Source: Calditrichota bacterium (GTDB taxonomy: Bacteria; Caldisericota; Caldisericia; UBA6126). Taken from it: a DNA stretch of 64,000 bases. Below the pieces are notes generated by a model that had not been told where the DNA came from, did no database searches, and saw only the letters and a list, made by a program, of their open reading frames with translations. Shown piece by piece: positions 58,932 through 64,000 of the stretch. Positions within the stretch are counted from its first letter, which is position 1, and each line of letters starts with the position of its first letter. Location: positions 37,308 through 101,307 of the forward strand of contig DAIMET010000001.1 of NCBI GenBank assembly GCA_036725105.1, given 5' to 3'. The position numbers and the translations under genes were made by a program.

Positions 58932-59992
58932 CAGGGTTTAGATAGATGTAAAAACGATTCCGCCATCACTTGGATAATTGGGATTTTTGAATGAGCTGCT
59001 AAAACAATATAGGGTTGTCCTACTTGTTGCATATCCTGCAAGCATGAGAATGCTTTCTGCAAGAGTTTAGAGGAATCTTGCACACAAGGAGTCTGTACAA
59101 AATCATAGAGAACCTTTGCTGCTCGATCTGTTCCCACATCTCGCAGTGCCTCCATGCAAGCAATCTGAATTGGATAGGTATTGTCTTCCATTTCAAGGCG
59201 TTTTTGTATTGTTTCTACTATGTTTTCATGCTTACATTTGGTTGTGACATGCAAACCAACAATCGCATTTGAAACTGTGGGTGAAAAAACCAACTGCAGA
59301 AAGTATTGAATGCTGTCTTGGGGCAATTTTTGAAGTTCAATATCAGTGATTGGGTGTTTCGCTAGAAATTCTTCCAGGTAGTAAAGGTACTCTTTTTCAA
59401 AGTCTGTGAATTGTACTGCATGAGAAGGTACTGATAAGGCATTTAACCAACCTGTTTGTTGGTCGACACAAAACAAGCTTTTCACAATTTCCATCCGTTC
59501 TACATTAGAGATCTCACTGCGATCAAGCTCAGATTGCAATAAAGAAAGAGTTCGTGAGTCTTGAATGCTTCGAACAATGGTATGAAAAGCAGCTGATATT
59601 GGGGTGGAAGTATTTTTGGCTGCATTAGAAGAATCATCTTCAGATAAGCCTTGGTGATAGATTTCGACAATTCGGTCTAAAAGTGGCTGCTCCATCAATA
59701 GATCAACAAATCGTTGAAATGTGTCAGATCCATAGCGCAAGCTGGAAAGTTTCTGATTTAAAAGAGATAGTAAAAACAAGGGATCAGATTGGACTAATAA
59801 AGGTAGAAGCTGGCTTTTATCTATTGGACCTTTACGAAGATATGAAGAAAGCTTATTTTCTATTTTTACCTCTGTGCGAGGTTGGCGAAACCAAAAAAAA
59901 TGAAGGGTGACAGCAAGAACAATCAAAAGAACGCTGATAATTAGGGGAATATATTCCAGAAGAAACGAAAATTGCATATTAATGCTTTGCAC
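58931..59992 (-). CDS. hypothetical N-terminally anchored protein with HEAT-like C-terminal repeats
   Basis: N-terminal TM helix. C-terminal segment IACMEALRDVGTDRAAKVLYDFVQ resembles a HEAT/PBS-lyase repeat. Confidence 0.4.
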   Translation of the reverse strand: MQSINMQFSFLLEYIPLIISVLLIVLAVTLHFFWFRQPRTEVKIENKLSSYLRKGPIDKSQLLPLLVQSDPLFLLSLLNQKLSSLRYGSDTFQRFVDLLMEQPLLDRIVEIYHQGLSEDDSSNAAKNTSTPISAAFHTIVRSIQDSRTLSLLQSELDRSEISNVERMEIVKSLFCVDQQTGWLNALSVPSHAVQFTDFEKEYLYYLEEFLAKHPITDIELQKLPQDSIQYFLQLVFSPTVSNAIVGLHVTTKCKHENIVETIQKRLEMEDNTYPIQIACMEALRDVGTDRAAKVLYDFVQTPCVQDSSKLLQKAFSCLQDMQQVGQPYIVLAAHSKIPIIQVMAESFLHLSKP

Positions 59993-59998
59993 TCCACA

Positions 59999-60778
59999 TT
60001 AGGATAAATATTTCTGAATAAGTTCCTGTGCGGTTCTGTTCTTTTTGTTTTGTCGTGGGTACACTAGAATCTTCAAATCAGCTTTACCTCTGTTATTTTG
60101 TTTAAAAAGCTGAATCAGATTTTTACAGTACTTTTCTAAATCGGAATAAGTAGTAAACAGAAGAAGCTGGTCTTTAATGTTATCGCTTGAAGTAAAGATG
60201 AATTGACCTGCTTCCTTTTCTCTTACACTTAGTGTAACAGCTAGCAACAGATCTTCTTTAATAGGTTGTAAATCCGTCTCAACATTGGTGATTTGAATTT
60301 TCAAAGCATGGAATTCAACACCAGATTGTATCCATTTTGTAAGTTTATGAGAGGCAGCTTGAACAGGATAGGGAAGAACAAGTGTACTAATAGGGATATC
60401 TTCTTTTTTTCTTACCAAACGGTTGATACGAATTTCTAATTCTTCAAAATCAAAGGGTTTCACAAGATAATCATCAGCTCCTGCTTTGAAGCCTTTTATC
60501 TTGTCTTCTGTTTGGGTTCGTGCTGTTAAAAAGATGATAGGAATATTTCTTGTATCCTCATTTTCTTTCAATTTCGTTGCTACTTGGAAACCATCCATTT
60601 CCGGCATCATTACATCCAGTAAAATAAGGTCGGGTTTCTCTTTAATGGCGATTTCAATACCCTTTATAGGGCTGGAAGATTTAAAAACTTCGTACTGTTT
60701 AAGCTTTAAATGAAGCGCTAACAAAGAAAGAATATCGGGTTCATCATCAACAATGAGGATTCTAGTGGAATTATTCAT
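59999..60778 (-). CDS. response regulator receiver protein with uncharacterised ~135-aa C-terminal domain
   Basis: REC: ILIVDDEPD, DLILLDVMMPEMDG, LTARTQ, and K in VKPF. The C-terminal half has no recognisable DNA-binding or enzymatic motif. Confidence 0.65.
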   Translation of the reverse strand: MNNSTRILIVDDEPDILSLLALHLKLKQYEVFKSSSPIKGIEIAIKEKPDLILLDVMMPEMDGFQVATKLKENEDTRNIPIIFLTARTQTEDKIKGFKAGADDYLVKPFDFEELEIRINRLVRKKEDIPISTLVLPYPVQAASHKLTKWIQSGVEFHALKIQITNVETDLQPIKEDLLLAVTLSVREKEAGQFIFTSSDNIKDQLLLFTTYSDLEKYCKNLIQLFKQNNRGKADLKILVYPRQNKKNRTAQELIQKYLS

Positions 60779-60794
60779 GTAGAAGCGGAGTCAA

Positions 60795-61004
60795 CTATTT
60801 CCAAATTTCGATACAAGTGTCCGGACAAATCAGTGCACAGGACATACATGTAGTACATTTACTCATATCATCTTCCTCGATGGTGGCAGGATGGTACCCT
60901 GATTGATTGATATCTTTCTTCAGTACAATAATGCTAACGGGGCATACCTCTACACACAAAGAACAGCCCTTACATAAGTCTTCATTAAACACTACTTTTG
61001 GCAT
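60795..61004 (-). CDS. 2x[4Fe-4S] ferredoxin
   Basis: CKGCSLCVEVCP and CTTCMSCALICP. Confidence 0.8.
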   Translation of the reverse strand: MPKVVFNEDLCKGCSLCVEVCPVSIIVLKKDINQSGYHPATIEEDDMSKCTTCMSCALICPDTCIEIWK

Positions 61005-61013
61005 GTTTCCTCC

Positions 61014-62165
61014 TTATTTGGAAAGCTCTCGAATCAACTCCTGTGCTACTACGATACGCTGGATTTGGTTTGTACCTTCATAAATTTGAGTAATTTTCGC
61101 ATCACGAAGCATTTTTTCAACAGGATAGTCTTTCATGTAGCCATATCCGCCCATCACTTGGATAGCATCCAGAGTCACTTTTACGGCAACATCAGAAGCA
61201 AAATATTTCGCCATTGCGGAACATTTACTAATTTTCTTTTCACCGGAATCTACCGTCGCTGCAGAATTATAAATCAAAGATCTAGCAGCCTCAATTTGAG
61301 TTGCCATATCTGCTAGCATAAATTTCACGGCTTGTTGCGCTATAATTGGTTGACCAAATTGTATTCTTTTTGTGGCATAATGCAATGCTTCTTCAAAAGC
61401 TCCTTGTGCAATGCCTAGGGCTTGAGCACCAACACCAGTACGTGAATGATCGAAATTGTCCATAGCAATCAGGAAGCCTCGGCCTGGCAATCCCAATCGA
61501 TTTTCTTCTGGTACAAATACGTCATCAAATAGTAAATCACAGGTGTGAGTAGCTCGAATACCCATTTTTTTCTCTTTTTCGCCAAATCGAAATCCATCCC
61601 ACCCTTTTTCCACAATAAATGCTGTAATTCCGCGGATTCCTTTTTTGGGATTGATGGTTGCCAATACCACATATACATCGGCAATGGAACCATTGGTGAT
61701 AAAAATCTTGGTTCCGTTTAATCGGTATCCTCCATCGCAGGGAGTGGCAGTGGTTTTTATGGCAGAGGCATCAGATCCAGCTTCTGCTTCGGTTAGAGCA
61801 AAGGCTGCGAGATATTCTCCTGAGGCAATTTTGGGTAAATACTTTTTTTTCTGTTCGTCTGTTCCCCATTTTAGAATAGGGTAGGACCCAAGAGCATTCA
61901 CTGAATAAGAACAACTAATTCCCCCGCAAACGCGAGAAAATTCTTCTTGAACAAGGCATAATTCTGTGACACCCATATCCATACCGTCATACTCTTTTGG
62001 GATAAAAATACGCATAAAATCAAGTTTTCCCATTTCTTTCATCAGGGGTACAGAACACTCATCCCGTTCGTCCAGTTCAGCACGTAATGGCTTTATTCTT
62101 TCTTCTGCAAATCGCCTGGCTGCATTTCGTAAAACTTCTTGTTCATGATTCCAAAAATATTTCAT
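61014..62165 (-). CDS. acyl-CoA dehydrogenase (butyryl-CoA dehydrogenase-like)
   Basis: 383 aa. YLAAFALTEAEAGSDA, the catalytic Glu region YEGTNQIQR, and GGYGYMKDYP are all typical of short-chain ACADs. Confidence 0.9.
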   Translation of the reverse strand: MKYFWNHEQEVLRNAARRFAEERIKPLRAELDERDECSVPLMKEMGKLDFMRIFIPKEYDGMDMGVTELCLVQEEFSRVCGGISCSYSVNALGSYPILKWGTDEQKKKYLPKIASGEYLAAFALTEAEAGSDASAIKTTATPCDGGYRLNGTKIFITNGSIADVYVVLATINPKKGIRGITAFIVEKGWDGFRFGEKEKKMGIRATHTCDLLFDDVFVPEENRLGLPGRGFLIAMDNFDHSRTGVGAQALGIAQGAFEEALHYATKRIQFGQPIIAQQAVKFMLADMATQIEAARSLIYNSAATVDSGEKKISKCSAMAKYFASDVAVKVTLDAIQVMGGYGYMKDYPVEKMLRDAKITQIYEGTNQIQRIVVAQELIRELSK

Positions 62166-62276
62166 AAAAATGATTGTACGAATTCGCGAAATTGTTTCAA
62201 TATGGGTATTCGTTTGGTAATTTGTACAAATCGAATCCTATTATATACTTGTTAAAGACAACGAAGGAGTTCTTAT

Positions 62277-63413
62277 ATGCAACAGATAGCAAAAACTAGA
62301 ATTAAAGTGAAAATGCACCGGTTCTTATGCCCTGAAGATATCGAGATTAAAGCAGGGGACAAGATCAAGGTTCAACATAATGACGAAATTGATTATGGAG
62401 AAGTTGTAAGTCTTTGTCCATACCACGAGAGTATTCCCCTGGATGGGACTGTTTTAGAAACCTCTAGCAACAACTACAAACAATCACGAGAAGAACTGAT
62501 AGAAAAAGATCGTGAAGTATTCCGTTATTGTTTACAAAAATCAGAAGAGCTCAATCTTAATATGGCACTTGTAAAAGCAGAGCATGTTTTGGATGGCTCC
62601 AAGATCATTATCTATTTTACCGCTGAAAAACGAGTAGATTTCCGTGAACTTGTAAAAGGTTTGAACAATTTTCTGAAACACAAAACACGAGTAGAATTGT
62701 GGCAAATCAGCTCTCGAGAAAAAGCTGTTCTTATTGGTGGAGTTGGAGTTTGCGGTAGGGTGGTTTGTTGCCGATGTATCGGACAGATCCCCGATACAGT
62801 AGGAATTAAAACAGTCAAAGAGCAGGGATTGGAAATCAATCCTATCAAAATTACTGGTATCTGCGGAAAGCTAATGTGCTGTTTAACCTATGAACACGCC
62901 CAATATCAAGAAATGCAAAAAGATTTCCCAGAAATTGGAAGTACTGTCACCGTTGGGGATAAAACAGGTGTTGTACAAAGTGTGAATGTGATTAGTAGAA
63001 AAATGAAGATTCAATTCGAAGATGGTATTTCCCGCGAGATCACCCTCAACCAATACCTTGGCATTGAGCCTGAAGTATCAGAAGATGCAGAACCAAAAAT
63101 CATACAGAAAGTTCATGTTGTCAAACCCAGAACCATTAAGGAACGCGTCAGCAAGGTGTTTAAAAGCCGATCCAATCGACCAGAGGATCGAAAAACAGAA
63201 AATACAGAGAAACCACCTAAAGAAAAAACTCCTCCCCCTTCCGACAAAAACTCAACACAAAAGCCAACTTCCACAAACAAAGAAAATACACCCAACAAAA
63301 ACAATGAACAAAAAGAAAAAAAGCCAGGATTTAAAAAACCCTGGCACAAAAGAAGATATCCCCGTAAGGCGAAACAAACACCATCAACGGAGACACCTAA
63401 AAAACCATCTTGA
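62277..63413 (+). CDS. PSP1 C-terminal domain protein (RicT/YaaT-like) with basic K/P-rich tail
   Basis: Cys cluster VGVCGRVVCCRC...ICGKLMCCLTYEH is typical of PSP1/YaaT. About 100-aa lysine/proline-rich C-terminus. Confidence 0.7.
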   Translation: MQQIAKTRIKVKMHRFLCPEDIEIKAGDKIKVQHNDEIDYGEVVSLCPYHESIPLDGTVLETSSNNYKQSREELIEKDREVFRYCLQKSEELNLNMALVKAEHVLDGSKIIIYFTAEKRVDFRELVKGLNNFLKHKTRVELWQISSREKAVLIGGVGVCGRVVCCRCIGQIPDTVGIKTVKEQGLEINPIKITGICGKLMCCLTYEHAQYQEMQKDFPEIGSTVTVGDKTGVVQSVNVISRKMKIQFEDGISREITLNQYLGIEPEVSEDAEPKIIQKVHVVKPRTIKERVSKVFKSRSNRPEDRKTENTEKPPKEKTPPPSDKNSTQKPTSTNKENTPNKNNEQKEKKPGFKKPWHKRRYPRKAKQTPSTETPKKPS

Positions 63414-63417
63414 TGTG

Positions 63418-63912
63418 TTAGTTTACGTCCTTAAAAGCCATTGCTTTGGCACCGCATATAGGACACACTGCTGGTTTTTCATCCAGTTGGATGTAGCCAC
63501 ATACTTTGCATAAGTATACTTTCCGATCTTTCTTTTCGTCCATTGTACGTAAAGCTTCTTCATAGCGCTCTGCATGGCTTTTTTCAGCTTCCATTGCCAA
63601 CTCAAAACCACGTTTTGATGCTTCTTGAGATTCTTCTTCGGCTTCTTCAACCATTTTTGGGTACATGGATTTATATTCATGTGTCTCCCCAGCAATAGCA
63701 TCTTCAAGATTCTCTTTTGTGGACTGAATACCACTCATGTTTTTGAAATGATTCATAGCATGAAGGGTTTCTGCCTCAGCAGCTGCACGAAATAGCTTTG
63801 CAATAAAAGCATAACCTTCCAATTCAGCTTTATCGGCATAGGCAAGATACTTTCTATTCGCTTGAGATTCTCCTGCAAATGCATCTTGTAAGTTTTTCAT
63901 CGTTTTGTTCAT
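63418..63912 (-). CDS. rbr: rubrerythrin
   Basis: Ferritin-like diiron motifs (E...ExxH twice) plus C-terminal rubredoxin-like CKVCGY...CPICGA. Confidence 0.9.
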   Translation of the reverse strand: MNKTMKNLQDAFAGESQANRKYLAYADKAELEGYAFIAKLFRAAAEAETLHAMNHFKNMSGIQSTKENLEDAIAGETHEYKSMYPKMVEEAEEESQEASKRGFELAMEAEKSHAERYEEALRTMDEKKDRKVYLCKVCGYIQLDEKPAVCPICGAKAMAFKDVN

Positions 63913-64000
63913 ATATTCCTCCTTGTTAAATGGTATATATAGTGTATCAAATTACGGAAAAATAATTCGATTTTTGCGAGACCGGATTCGAAGAAACTGT

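Overview
This 64 kb window is a gene-dense chromosomal region (over 95% coding) from a low-GC, apparently anaerobic bacterium. I annotate 64 protein-coding genes (63 complete, one 3'-truncated at the window edge) and 3 tRNA genes. I found no rRNA, CRISPR array, transposase, integrase or phage gene.

Gene order matches Firmicutes-type core operons:
- rsmE, mtaB-like, rpsU, then a 7TM-HD (yqfF-like) gene.
- tRNA(CAT), a COG1579 protein, rnhA, rho, prfA, prmC, plsY, tsaC.
- priA, def, fmt, rlmH.
- A PASTA-domain protein, rpe, then a thiamine pyrophosphokinase gene (thiN-like).

The metabolic genes point to an anaerobic, amino-acid-fermenting lifestyle:
- EtfB and an EtfA fused to an N-terminal 2x[4Fe-4S] domain.
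- A separate acyl-CoA dehydrogenase and ferredoxin locus.
- Rubrerythrin.
- Threonine dehydrogenase (tdh) with 2-amino-3-ketobutyrate CoA ligase (kbl).
- An orphan carbamate kinase.

Stress and proteolysis functions are well represented:
- ClpB followed by two PspC-domain genes.
- A ClpC-type ATPase translationally coupled to a membrane thioredoxin-like protein.
- A 1159-aa subtilisin-like protease (subtilase) coupled to a small zincin.

Three large secreted proteins carry C-terminal copper-amine-oxidase-N-like wall-anchoring domains. A phoB, phoR, phoU cluster is also present.

I did not see a clear-cut defence island or mobile element. The most unusual items are:
- A PriA homolog whose Walker A and DEEH helicase motifs are degenerate while its zinc-ribbon is intact.
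- The Rho N-terminal insertion, which carries a 12-bp tandem repeat.
- An orphan response regulator with an uncharacterised C-terminal domain, embedded in a bcd, fdx, REC, HEAT-like, maf, phoBR transcription unit.
- The TlpA-like and ClpC-like translational coupling.
- A tRNA-Ile/tRNA-Ala pair detached from any rRNA operon.
- A palindrome plus direct repeats in the clpB leader.

All functional calls are made by eye from conserved motifs in the supplied translations. I could not run any database search.
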